NCBI GenBank assembly: GCA_945883745.1
Contig: CAMCYH010000002.1
Coordinates: forward strand, 1,508-65,507
From: Candidatus Kuenenia stuttgartensis
GTDB taxonomy: Bacteria > Planctomycetota > Planctomycetia > Pirellulales > UBA1268
Direction: 5' to 3'
DNA length: 64,000 nt
The notes under the pieces were generated by a model. It was not told the origin of the DNA, ran no database searches, and was given only the letters and a program-made list of their open reading frames with translations. Below, in pieces: positions 1 through 8,193 of this stretch. Each line of letters opens with the position of its first letter. The stretch's first letter is position 1. The translations under genes and the position numbers were made by a program.

Positions 1-1
1 G

Positions 2-3001
2 GTGTGGGCGGCTGATCGCACGGGCTATGTCAACCTCTGCCGGCTGCTGACACGCGGCTACGAGCAGGCCGCAGCTCAGGGCGATGGCGGCGGCTGTCAG
101 CTTTTGCTCGACGATATCGCCATGCACTCAGGCGGGCTTATCGCCGGGGTGCCACTGGCGGCCTGTCGCTCTTCGGAAATGCACGCTGCAGGAATTCCTG
201 TTCGACAGACTGATGAGCAGGAAATCGTGGAGCAATTGCTCGAATGGCGGTGGGTATTTGGTGATCGGCTGCATGCTCTGGCCGAGGTTGCTCTCGAAGG
301 GGATGACAGGCAGCGCCTCGAGTGGTTTGCACAGTTGGCCCGGCGAACTCGTGTGCCGCTCGTGGCGGCTGGTGACGTGCGCTACCACGAGCGGTCGCGG
401 CTACCGCTCTTCGACACCCTCACTGCGGTGCGACACGGCAGCACGGTCGAGGAGGTCCGCGACCAACTCCTGGCCAACGGCGAGCGGCATCTCCAGGAAC
501 GCTGGCGGATCACTGAGCGATTCGCCGTGGTGCCTGAGGCAGTGGAGCGGTCGGCCGACATCGCGGCGCGGTGCACGTTTTCGCTCGACGAACTGCGGTA
601 TGAGTATCCCGACGCGGCCGTGCCCATGGGCCGTTCGCCGCGGGAGTATCTCGCGCACCTGGCCTGGAAGGGGGCGACGCAGCGGTATCCCGATGGCGTG
701 CCTGAAGCGGTGCGGCAGCTTATCGGTCATGAACTCACGCTGATCGCCGAACTCGGCTACGAGGCCTATTTCCTTACGGTCTTTGATGTCGTGCGGTTTG
801 CCCGCCGCCGCGGCATCCTCTGCCAGGGCCGCGGCTCGGCCGCCAATTCAGCTGTCTGCTACTGCCTGGGTATCACGTCAGTTGATCCAGCACGGATGAA
901 CGTGCTCTTCGAGCGGTTCGTGAGCCGTGAACGGCGCGAGGCGCCCGACATCGACATCGATTTCGAGCACCAGCGTCGCGAAGAGGTGATTCAATACATC
1001 TACGAGACCTACGGCCGCACCCGGGCGGCGATGACGGCCGAAGTGATTTCGTATCGGCTGCGGTCGGCCGTTCGCGATCTGGCCAAGGCGCTGGGGCTGT
1101 CGCTCGACCGGGTCGCTGCGCTGGCTGCGGTGCTCGACGTGGCAGATGGCTTCGAGGATCTGCCGACGCGGCTGGCCGAGGCGGGAATCGATCCTGCCGG
1201 CGACACGGGCACGAGGCTCATGACGCTTGTCGGCCAGCTCGTCGGCTTTCCGCGGCATCTCGGGCAGCACGTCGGTGGCATGGTGATGACGCGCGGCGAT
1301 CTCTGTGATCTCGTACCGATTCAGCCTGCTGCGATGGACGGTCGGACGATCATCCAGTGGGATAAAAACGACCTCGATGAACTTGGCATTCTTAAAGTCG
1401 ATTGCCTCGCCCTCGGCATGCTCTCCTGCATCCGCCGGGCCTTCAATCTCATTGAGTCGGCCGGTGGACCTAGGCTCACGCTCGCTACGGTGCCGGCCGA
1501 AGACCCAGCCGTCTATGAGATGGTCTCCCGGGCCGACACGGTGGGTGTGTTTCAGATTGAGAGCCGGGCCCAGATGAGCATGCTGCCGCGGCTCAAGCCG
1601 GCCTGCTTCTACGACCTCGTCATCGAGGTGGCGATCGTACGGCCGGGGCCAATCCAGGGTGACATGGTGCATCCATACCTGCGGCGGCGGGCTGGCGAGG
1701 ATCCGGTGACCTATCCCAACGACGAGATCCGGAAGGTCTTGGAAAAGACCCTCGGAGTGCCACTCTTTCAGGAGCAGGCGATGCGGCTGGCCGTCGTGGC
1801 GGCGGGCTTTACGCCGGGTGAGGCCGATCAATTGCGGCGGGCGATGGGTGCCTGGCGGCGGCCGGGGCTGATCGAGGAGTTTCGCCAGAAGTTGATCACC
1901 GGCATGCTCGCGCGGGGGCTGTCGCAGCGGTTTGCCGAGCAGGTGTTTGGCCAGATCCGTGGCTTTGGCGAATACGGCTTCCCTGAATCTCATGCGGCAA
2001 GTTTCGCCTTACTCGTGTATGTGTCGGCCTGGCTCAAGCGGCACCATCCGGCGGCCTTCACCGCTGCACTCCTGGGCAGCCAGCCAATGGGGTTTTATGC
2101 ACCGGCCCAGCTTATTCGCGATGCGAAGGCGCATGGTGTGAGGGTGCTCCCGGTCGACGTGAATGCCAGCCGCTGGCATGCGACGCTGGAGGTGCCAAGG
2201 AGAACTGAAGGCAGAGAGTCAACCATCGGGGAGCAGCCGGCCATTCGGCTGGGGCTTGAGCAGGTGTATGGCCTGGGTGAGTCGGCAGGTATGCGGATCG
2301 AGGCAGCCCGCACCGACGGCCGTTTTCGGCTTCTCCGCGACCTGGCCCTCCGCGCCGGCCTCAGCCGCGAGTCATTACTGCACCTGGCCCGCGCCGGTGG
2401 CTTGGGATCGCTGGGCCTGGACCGGCGGCGGGCAGTTTGGGAGGCGATGCGGTTTCTCGACCGCCCTGGCAGCATGCCGTTGCTGGAGCAGCTCGATGAA
2501 GACGAGGACGACCAGAGCAAATCCGGCGTCAATGATACATGCTTCAGCAACGAAACTTCGCCGAATCGATTGTGTCTGCCACCGATGAGCCGGCAGGAGG
2601 AAGTGATCGCCGATTACCGCGCTACCGGCCTGTCGCTCGTCGCTCACCCGTTGCACTTCGAGCGGCCGCGATGCACTACGCAGGGCATCGATACGATCGC
2701 CGCCGCGACAGCGGCCCCGGAGGGCCGCCGCGTGCAGGTAGCGGGAATCGTGCTCACGCGTCAGCGACCGGCGACGGCCAAGGGAATGATCTTCCTGTCG
2801 ATCGAGGATGAGACTGGCGTCGCCAATATCGTCGTCCGTCCCGATGTGTGGGAGCATGCCGACGCGGCTGCCCGTCGGGCGGCCGTGCTCGTCGTGCAGG
2901 GCCGGATCCAGCGCCGTGGCAGCGTGGTGCATGTAGTAGCCACCCGGCTCCAGGCCGATGCGCATGCCGCCCTCCCGAGAATGTCCCGCGATTTTTGCTA
3001 G
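2..3001 (+). CDS. dnaE2: Error-prone DNA polymerase III alpha-type subunit (DnaE2-like), N-terminus cut by window edge
   Basis: The ORF is open to the window start. It has Pol III alpha core motifs (GRGSAANSAVCYCLGIT, PDIDIDFEH, FQIESRAQM, VRPGPIQGDMVHPY). It ends soon after an OB-fold (GMIFLSIEDETGVANIVV) with no long C-terminal extension, which fits DnaE2 rather than DnaE1. Confidence 0.85.
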   Translation: MWAADRTGYVNLCRLLTRGYEQAAAQGDGGGCQLLLDDIAMHSGGLIAGVPLAACRSSEMHAAGIPVRQTDEQEIVEQLLEWRWVFGDRLHALAEVALEGDDRQRLEWFAQLARRTRVPLVAAGDVRYHERSRLPLFDTLTAVRHGSTVEEVRDQLLANGERHLQERWRITERFAVVPEAVERSADIAARCTFSLDELRYEYPDAAVPMGRSPREYLAHLAWKGATQRYPDGVPEAVRQLIGHELTLIAELGYEAYFLTVFDVVRFARRRGILCQGRGSAANSAVCYCLGITSVDPARMNVLFERFVSRERREAPDIDIDFEHQRREEVIQYIYETYGRTRAAMTAEVISYRLRSAVRDLAKALGLSLDRVAALAAVLDVADGFEDLPTRLAEAGIDPAGDTGTRLMTLVGQLVGFPRHLGQHVGGMVMTRGDLCDLVPIQPAAMDGRTIIQWDKNDLDELGILKVDCLALGMLSCIRRAFNLIESAGGPRLTLATVPAEDPAVYEMVSRADTVGVFQIESRAQMSMLPRLKPACFYDLVIEVAIVRPGPIQGDMVHPYLRRRAGEDPVTYPNDEIRKVLEKTLGVPLFQEQAMRLAVVAAGFTPGEADQLRRAMGAWRRPGLIEEFRQKLITGMLARGLSQRFAEQVFGQIRGFGEYGFPESHAASFALLVYVSAWLKRHHPAAFTAALLGSQPMGFYAPAQLIRDAKAHGVRVLPVDVNASRWHATLEVPRRTEGRESTIGEQPAIRLGLEQVYGLGESAGMRIEAARTDGRFRLLRDLALRAGLSRESLLHLARAGGLGSLGLDRRRAVWEAMRFLDRPGSMPLLEQLDEDEDDQSKSGVNDTCFSNETSPNRLCLPPMSRQEEVIADYRATGLSLVAHPLHFERPRCTTQGIDTIAAATAAPEGRRVQVAGIVLTRQRPATAKGMIFLSIEDETGVANIVVRPDVWEHADAAARRAAVLVVQGRIQRRGSVVHVVATRLQADAHAALPRMSRDFC

Positions 3002-3011
3002 AACAGTCGCC

Positions 3012-3926
3012 ATGAATGACGCCGTGATCGAGACGAATCTGGGCATCGGTACGCTTTCGCGGGGAAAGGTGCGGGACTGTTACCGGCTGCGGGATGCCCA
3101 GCATGGCGATGTGATGCTGATCGTGAGCACCGACCGAATCAGTGCCTTTGACTGGATCCTCCCGACGCCGATCCCCGGCAAGGGCAAGGTGCTCACCACC
3201 ATTTCAGCCTTCTGGTGTGAGTGGCTCGCGACGAGCCCTGATCCTGTCGCCCACCACCTGATCACGACCGACGTTGATGCGATGAACTTGCCGGCGTCGG
3301 TCGATCGTGAGCCGCTTCGTGGCCGCACGATGCTCGTGCGAGCGAGTGCCGTGATTCCATTTGAGTGCGTCGTCCGTGGCTGGCTCGCCGGCTCGGGGCT
3401 GGCAGAGTATCGCCAACATGGCACCGTGTGCGGTGAGTCGCTGCCGCCCGGCCTCGGGGCTGGTGATCGCCTGCCTGCGCCGATCTTCACGCCGGCGACG
3501 AAGGCCGAGGCAGGGCACGATGAAAACGTGTCATTTGCAGAGATGGCCGCGGCGATCGGCGAACCACTGGCCACCACGCTTCGCGACAAGAGCCTCGCCG
3601 TCTACGCCCGAGGCGCGGCGCATGCCGCCGGTCGCGGGATCGTGGTAGCCGACACCAAGTTCGAATGGGGGCTCGATGCCGACGGCACGGTGCGGCTCAT
3701 CGACGAGGTTCTCACGCCTGACAGTTCGCGGTTTTGGCCGGCCGCCGAAGCCGGGAAAGGCCGCGTCCCCGATTCGTTTGACAAGCAGTTTGTCCGCGAC
3801 TGGCTGGAGGCCAGCGGATGGGACAAGGCTAGCCCGCCCCCTGCCCTGCCCGCGGACGTGGTCGCCAAAACCCTCGAAAAATATCGCGATGCCCTTTGCC
3901 TCCTCACCGGCAAGTCACTTTTCTGA
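3012..3926 (+). CDS. purC: Phosphoribosylaminoimidazole-succinocarboxamide (SAICAR) synthase
   Basis: Motifs RGKVRDCY, STDRISAFD and ADTKFEWG are present. The internal ATG at 3012 was chosen because the 18 upstream codons overlap the dnaE2 end. Confidence 0.92.
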   Translation: MNDAVIETNLGIGTLSRGKVRDCYRLRDAQHGDVMLIVSTDRISAFDWILPTPIPGKGKVLTTISAFWCEWLATSPDPVAHHLITTDVDAMNLPASVDREPLRGRTMLVRASAVIPFECVVRGWLAGSGLAEYRQHGTVCGESLPPGLGAGDRLPAPIFTPATKAEAGHDENVSFAEMAAAIGEPLATTLRDKSLAVYARGAAHAAGRGIVVADTKFEWGLDADGTVRLIDEVLTPDSSRFWPAAEAGKGRVPDSFDKQFVRDWLEASGWDKASPPPALPADVVAKTLEKYRDALCLLTGKSLF

Positions 3927-3942
3927 GGTGTAGGAAAAGGTT

Positions 3943-3968
3943 GAACTGCCCTAGGGGGCGGCAGTTTT
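3943..3968 (+). terminator. Intrinsic terminator after purC
   Basis: AACTGCC (3943-3949) pairs with GGCAGTT (3959-3965). A T-run follows to 3968, about 17 nt after the purC stop. Confidence 0.6.
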
Positions 3969-4025
3969 TGAAACTAGAATCCATCGTTCTCGTTCGATGT
4001 CCCTGCCACCTCCCGGCTTCTTCTC

Positions 4026-5180
4026 ATGCTGCGTTACTGGACTGCCGGCGAATCGCACGGCCCCGCCCTTGTCGCCCTCGTCGATGGCTTTCCCGCTGGC
4101 CTCGCCGTCGATGCCGATGCTATCAATGCGGAACTACAGCGGCGACAGGGAGGCCACGGCCGGGGTGGTCGCCAACGGATCGAGACCGATACCGTCACCT
4201 TCCTATCGGGATTGTGGCGGGGAGTCACCCTCGGCAGCCCACTGGCGCTCGAGGTGATCAACCGTGATGCCAAGCTTGAACGGCTCGACGATGTCGAGCG
4301 GCCGCGGCCCGGACATGCCGATCTCGCCGGCAGCATCAAGCACTTGGGGAGCGTGCGGGCCGTGCTCGAGCGGGCTAGCGCCCGCGAGACCGCTGCCCGG
4401 GTAGCCGCCGGGGCGCTTGCCCGCCAATTGCTGGCCGTCTTTGGCATCGAGGTGGCCGGCTGGGTGCGGGAACTTGGCGGTCTTGTGCTCGGTGGTCCCG
4501 AAGACAGCCTTCTCGGCAGATCTGCGGCCGATCTGCGGGAGATCCGCGACTCCAGCGCCGTCTACTCGCTCAAGCCTGACCGCGATCCCGAGGTCACCAG
4601 CTTCATCGACAAAGTGGGTAAGGAAGGCGACACGCTCGGTGGCATCGTCGAAGTGCAGATCACGGGGTTGCCGATTGGCCTCGGTACGCACGCCCAGTGG
4701 GATCGCAAACTTGACGGCCGGATCGCGCAGGCAGTCATGGCGGTGCAGGCGATCAAGGGCGTCGAGATCGGAATGGGCTTCGAGACGGCCCGCCGCCGCG
4801 GATCGGAGGTGCACGATGCGATTGCCTATGTGGCGGGGGACCGCGATACCCCAACCCTCGGCTTCAGCCGGCCCACGAACAATGCCGGTGGACTGGAAGC
4901 CGGAATGACCAACGGCCAGCCGCTCGTCGTGAAGGCGGCCATGAAGCCGATCAGCACGCTCCGCAAGCCGCTCGGCTCGGTGAATCTGCGGACGAAAGAG
5001 TCCGAAGAGGCCGCCTACGAACGGAGCGATGTGTGCGCGGTGAGCGCCTGCAGTGTGATCATCGAGAATGTCGTGGCCTTCGAGGTGGCCGCGGCACTCG
5101 TGGATAAGTTCGGTGGCGACAGCATCGAGGAGATGCAGGCCCGCTGGCGGCTGTATCACGATTTGGCGAGGCAGAAATAG
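4026..5180 (+). CDS. aroC: Chorismate synthase
   Basis: N-terminus MLRYWTAGESHGPALV, then GGRSSARETA-like SARETAARV and RSDVCAV motifs. Length 384 aa. Confidence 0.95.
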   Translation: MLRYWTAGESHGPALVALVDGFPAGLAVDADAINAELQRRQGGHGRGGRQRIETDTVTFLSGLWRGVTLGSPLALEVINRDAKLERLDDVERPRPGHADLAGSIKHLGSVRAVLERASARETAARVAAGALARQLLAVFGIEVAGWVRELGGLVLGGPEDSLLGRSAADLREIRDSSAVYSLKPDRDPEVTSFIDKVGKEGDTLGGIVEVQITGLPIGLGTHAQWDRKLDGRIAQAVMAVQAIKGVEIGMGFETARRRGSEVHDAIAYVAGDRDTPTLGFSRPTNNAGGLEAGMTNGQPLVVKAAMKPISTLRKPLGSVNLRTKESEEAAYERSDVCAVSACSVIIENVVAFEVAAALVDKFGGDSIEEMQARWRLYHDLARQK

Positions 5181-5214
5181 CGGCCGCGGCCGGCGGCTCC
5201 GACGAGGAACAGGG

Positions 5215-6531
5215 ATGTTCATCGAGCGATCGACGGCGAAGATTCGCGGCGTGCGCACGCTCTTCGTGCTGCTCGGTGTCGTGCCCTGCGCAGCCCTGAT
5301 GACCTGGGCGGTGATGCGGCATGCTCCGGCCCATCGTGATGCCCTCCGCCGCCAGGGTGAGCAGGTTCTCGGAATTCCATTGAAGATTGGCTCGGTCGAA
5401 CACGTCCGCCCTGGTGCCTTGAGGCTGCGAGACTGCTCGCTGCTGGCCACGGGCGGCAGTCCCCTGCTCCTGCTGCCGGAGATCGAGGTGGAGACCTCGA
5501 GCGACGAGGTGCGGCTGCGGCTGCCGACGGTCGCCTGCAGGCCGGCCGCCGCGGCGGTGTTGGCGGGTGTGGCACGGGCCTGGCTGAATGAGCCGGTGCG
5601 GTTTTCCAGGGCGTGGGTCATCGAGGTGGGGGCGGTGAACTGGGACGTCCCGCTCACGGCGTCGACTCGCCACGACCCTGCCGCCTCTGAAGGTCGCGAA
5701 GCCTTTCCGCTGCGGATCGAGTGCGTTGCGGCCGGTGACTCTCGTGCGGTTCGCATCCACCGTGTCGATCGAGGGCATGAAGGGGACGAGTTGCGGGTAA
5801 TCGCCACCGCCGGCAGTCCGTGGCGGCACGAGGTTCGCGGAGTGGTTCGCACGCCTATTCCATGGGCCGTGGTGCGGGAAGTGGTGCCCGCGTCACTTGG
5901 CAGGCCGGAACTCGGGCCTGCCGCGATGGTCAGTGGCCAGGTGGAGGCGTCGATTGCCAGCGGCGGCTGGTCTGGCGTTGCGAGCGGACTTGTGGAAGGA
6001 ATTCGTCTCGAGGAACTGGCATCCGGTGCGAGGCACTCCCTGGAGGGACTGCTGACGGTCGAGATCGAGCGGCTCCAATGGGATGATGACCGGCTTGTGT
6101 CCGTAACTGCTACCGGGTCGGCCGTCCGCGGCATGGTCGCCCAGTCGTTGCTCGGTGCGCTGGTGACGACCTGTGGGTGTCGGGCCGGTCCCGCGTTTCA
6201 GTCGCTCTCCAGCGAGCCCATGCGGGCCTTCGACGACCTCAAGGTGCGGTTGGTGATCGATAGCGGCGGGCTTCGTATTCTCTCTGGCGAGAACCGCAAC
6301 GGTTCGCTCGTCCGTCGGCAGGGGCTTTCGCTGGTCGATGAGCCTGCCGGTGTGGTGCCACTGGATCGACTGGCTTGGCTTGTCGGGCCCGCCGACGCAC
6401 CGACAGTGCCGGCCTCGGCGGCGACATCATGGCTGATGCGGCTCCTGCCGACGGCGGTCTCCCAGCCGCGACGCAGCGAAAACACCGCCATCCGCCCCCC
6501 CGATCAGACCCGCAAGAAGAGCGATTTTTGA
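5215..6531 (+). CDS. Hypothetical membrane-anchored protein
   Basis: ATG at 5215 is preceded by GAGGAA. One N-terminal hydrophobic helix (LFVLLGVVPCAALMTWAV). No motif I recognise. Coding-like GC3. Confidence 0.5.
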   Translation: MFIERSTAKIRGVRTLFVLLGVVPCAALMTWAVMRHAPAHRDALRRQGEQVLGIPLKIGSVEHVRPGALRLRDCSLLATGGSPLLLLPEIEVETSSDEVRLRLPTVACRPAAAAVLAGVARAWLNEPVRFSRAWVIEVGAVNWDVPLTASTRHDPAASEGREAFPLRIECVAAGDSRAVRIHRVDRGHEGDELRVIATAGSPWRHEVRGVVRTPIPWAVVREVVPASLGRPELGPAAMVSGQVEASIASGGWSGVASGLVEGIRLEELASGARHSLEGLLTVEIERLQWDDDRLVSVTATGSAVRGMVAQSLLGALVTTCGCRAGPAFQSLSSEPMRAFDDLKVRLVIDSGGLRILSGENRNGSLVRRQGLSLVDEPAGVVPLDRLAWLVGPADAPTVPASAATSWLMRLLPTAVSQPRRSENTAIRPPDQTRKKSDF

Positions 6532-6683
6532 CCTGTTTTTGACATCGGTTCGACCGATGCCTGACCGCTTGCGCTGGCCAAACCGCCGGAAAAGGTGACA
6601 GTGATAGTGCTCAAGGACATCCTACACAGATGCCACTGCCCCTGCCGCATGCCATACCAGGTCCTGGACGACAAGGAATTCCC

Positions 6684-7706
6684 ATGACTCCCACTGCCTC
6701 GCCCACCGAACCCGCCGCCCTCACCGGTCAACGTGGCCAGCCATCGCGCGAGATCGCCCTTGATGACGATTCCTGTTCGTTTGGTCGCACATCGGTTGTC
6801 GTGCCGGAGCAGTCTGCCCAGCATCATGCCGAGATCGAGCCGCGGCGTGAGGAAGCCGCCCGCAGCTGGACCGACCTCGACTGGCCAACGGCGATCTGGA
6901 TCGGCGGCATCCACCTCGCCGCCCTCGCCGCCCCCTTTTATTTCACCTGGTCGGGCTTCTGGATCTGCATGGCGCTCTATTGGGTGACCGGCGGTCTTGG
7001 CGTGTGCCTTGGTTATCACCGACTGCTGACTCACGGCAGTTTCACGACCTACCGGCCGGTGCGTTGGCTGTTTGCGTTTCTCGGTGGCATTTCCGGAGAG
7101 GGTTCATCCCTGGTCTGGGTTGCCAATCATCGCAAGCATCACGTCTTCAGCGATCAGGATGGTGATCCTCATTCGCCCCGTGACGGTGGTCTTTGGTCTC
7201 ACATGCTCTGGCTGTTTCCCAGTCATCCCGGCGACGAGGTGGCGGCGCACGTGAAACGGTGGGCACCCGATCTGGAGAAAGATGGCGGCCTACGGTTTTT
7301 GCACACCACGTTTCTCCTTTGGCATGTCCTCATTGGTGGCGGGTTGCTTACCGCCGGTTGGATGCTCTACGGACGCGACGTCGGCATCTCGTGGCTGCTC
7401 TGGGGGCTGGCCGTCCGCATGGTGATCGTGTTCCACGTCACATGGTTTGTGAATTCGGCCACCCACATGTGGGGCTACCGCAATTACGAGACCACCGACG
7501 ATTCAACGAATCTTTGGTGGGTGGGCCTCTTGGCCTTCGGCGAGGGCTGGCACAACAACCATCACGCCTTCCAGCGAATGGCCAAGCATGGCCACAAGTG
7601 GTGGGAGGTTGATTCCACCTACTGGGTGATTCTGGCCCTCGAAAAACTCGGGCTTGCCTGGAACGTCGTCCACACACCCCATGGCATCAGCCGCAGTGCA
7701 AAGTAG
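6684..7706 (+). CDS. Membrane acyl-CoA/acyl-lipid delta-9-type fatty acid desaturase
   Basis: Three His boxes (HRLLTH, HRKHH, HNNHH). ATG at 6684 has AAGGA 7 nt upstream. Alternative start at 6630. Confidence 0.88.
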   Translation: MTPTASPTEPAALTGQRGQPSREIALDDDSCSFGRTSVVVPEQSAQHHAEIEPRREEAARSWTDLDWPTAIWIGGIHLAALAAPFYFTWSGFWICMALYWVTGGLGVCLGYHRLLTHGSFTTYRPVRWLFAFLGGISGEGSSLVWVANHRKHHVFSDQDGDPHSPRDGGLWSHMLWLFPSHPGDEVAAHVKRWAPDLEKDGGLRFLHTTFLLWHVLIGGGLLTAGWMLYGRDVGISWLLWGLAVRMVIVFHVTWFVNSATHMWGYRNYETTDDSTNLWWVGLLAFGEGWHNNHHAFQRMAKHGHKWWEVDSTYWVILALEKLGLAWNVVHTPHGISRSAK

Positions 7707-7804
7707 GCCCTGTTGCAAAAAAACAGAGGCCGGGTAGACTGCGTCATAACCAAAACGTCATTTCCAAACAACGAATGCCACCCGCGGATGGGTGGAAACG
7801 GCTG

Positions 7805-8074
7805 ATGTCGCTCACCAAGGAACGCAAGCACGAGTTGATCGGCGCCTACGGGCGTGGGAAGGCCGACACCGGTTCGGCTGAGGTTCAAATTGCCCTGTTG
7901 ACCGGGCGGATCTCCCATCTCACGGATCACTTCAAGAAGCACAGCAAGGACTTCGCCAGTCGGCGAGGTCTGCTCATGATGGTGAGCCGCCGTCGTCGTC
8001 TGCTCGATTATCTCAAGCGTGTCGCGCCGCAGCGGTATCTCGATATCATTCAGCGGCTCGAGATCCGCAAGTAA
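7805..8074 (+). CDS. rpsO: 30S ribosomal protein S15
   Basis: MSLTKERK...[48 protein letters not shown] is canonical S15. Confidence 0.95.
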   Translation: MSLTKERKHELIGAYGRGKADTGSAEVQIALLTGRISHLTDHFKKHSKDFASRRGLLMMVSRRRRLLDYLKRVAPQRYLDIIQRLEIRK

Positions 8075-8099
8075 GCCCTCTTCTGAGTGGCATTTGTTG

Positions 8100-8151
8100 G
8101 TGCAGCCTCTTGCTGCACGGAAAAGGCGCCCAGGGCGACGTATGCCCTGGG
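8100..8151 (+). promoter_or_regulatory. Two stem-loops in the rpsO-pnp spacer (possible attenuator or processing site)
   Basis: GTGCAGC (8100-8106) pairs with GCTGCAC (8112-8118). CCCAGGGC (8129-8136) pairs with GCCCTGGG (8144-8151). Neither has a U-tract. Confidence 0.35.
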
Positions 8152-8193
8152 TCGAACTTCACACGCGGCCCGATGGCTACGGAAGAGAAAACC

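Noticed and set aside
2958-3011. N-terminal extensions offered by the ORF track for purC and many others (5068, 7775, 8110, 11164, 12667, 14195, 15981, 16484, 17780, 18880, 20306, 41948-43903, 46493, 49132, 53063, 55287, 60367, 61515-62345, 62141, 62231-63229).
   Set aside because: The extensions overlap the preceding gene or lack an SD, and they do not match family N-termini. Internal starts with SD motifs or family-typical N-termini were used instead.
4203-6134. 643-aa minus-strand ORF spanning aroC and the downstream hypothetical gene.
   Set aside because: It lies opposite a clear chorismate synthase. The product is a Ser/Arg/Pro/Thr-rich low-complexity translation typical of an out-of-frame GC-rich shadow ORF.
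6543-6559. Hairpin CATCGGT-TCG-ACCGATG just after the hypothetical gene stop, considered as a terminator.
   Set aside because: It has a 3-nt loop and no downstream U-tract on the plus strand. A T5 run precedes rather than follows it. This is insufficient to call a terminator.
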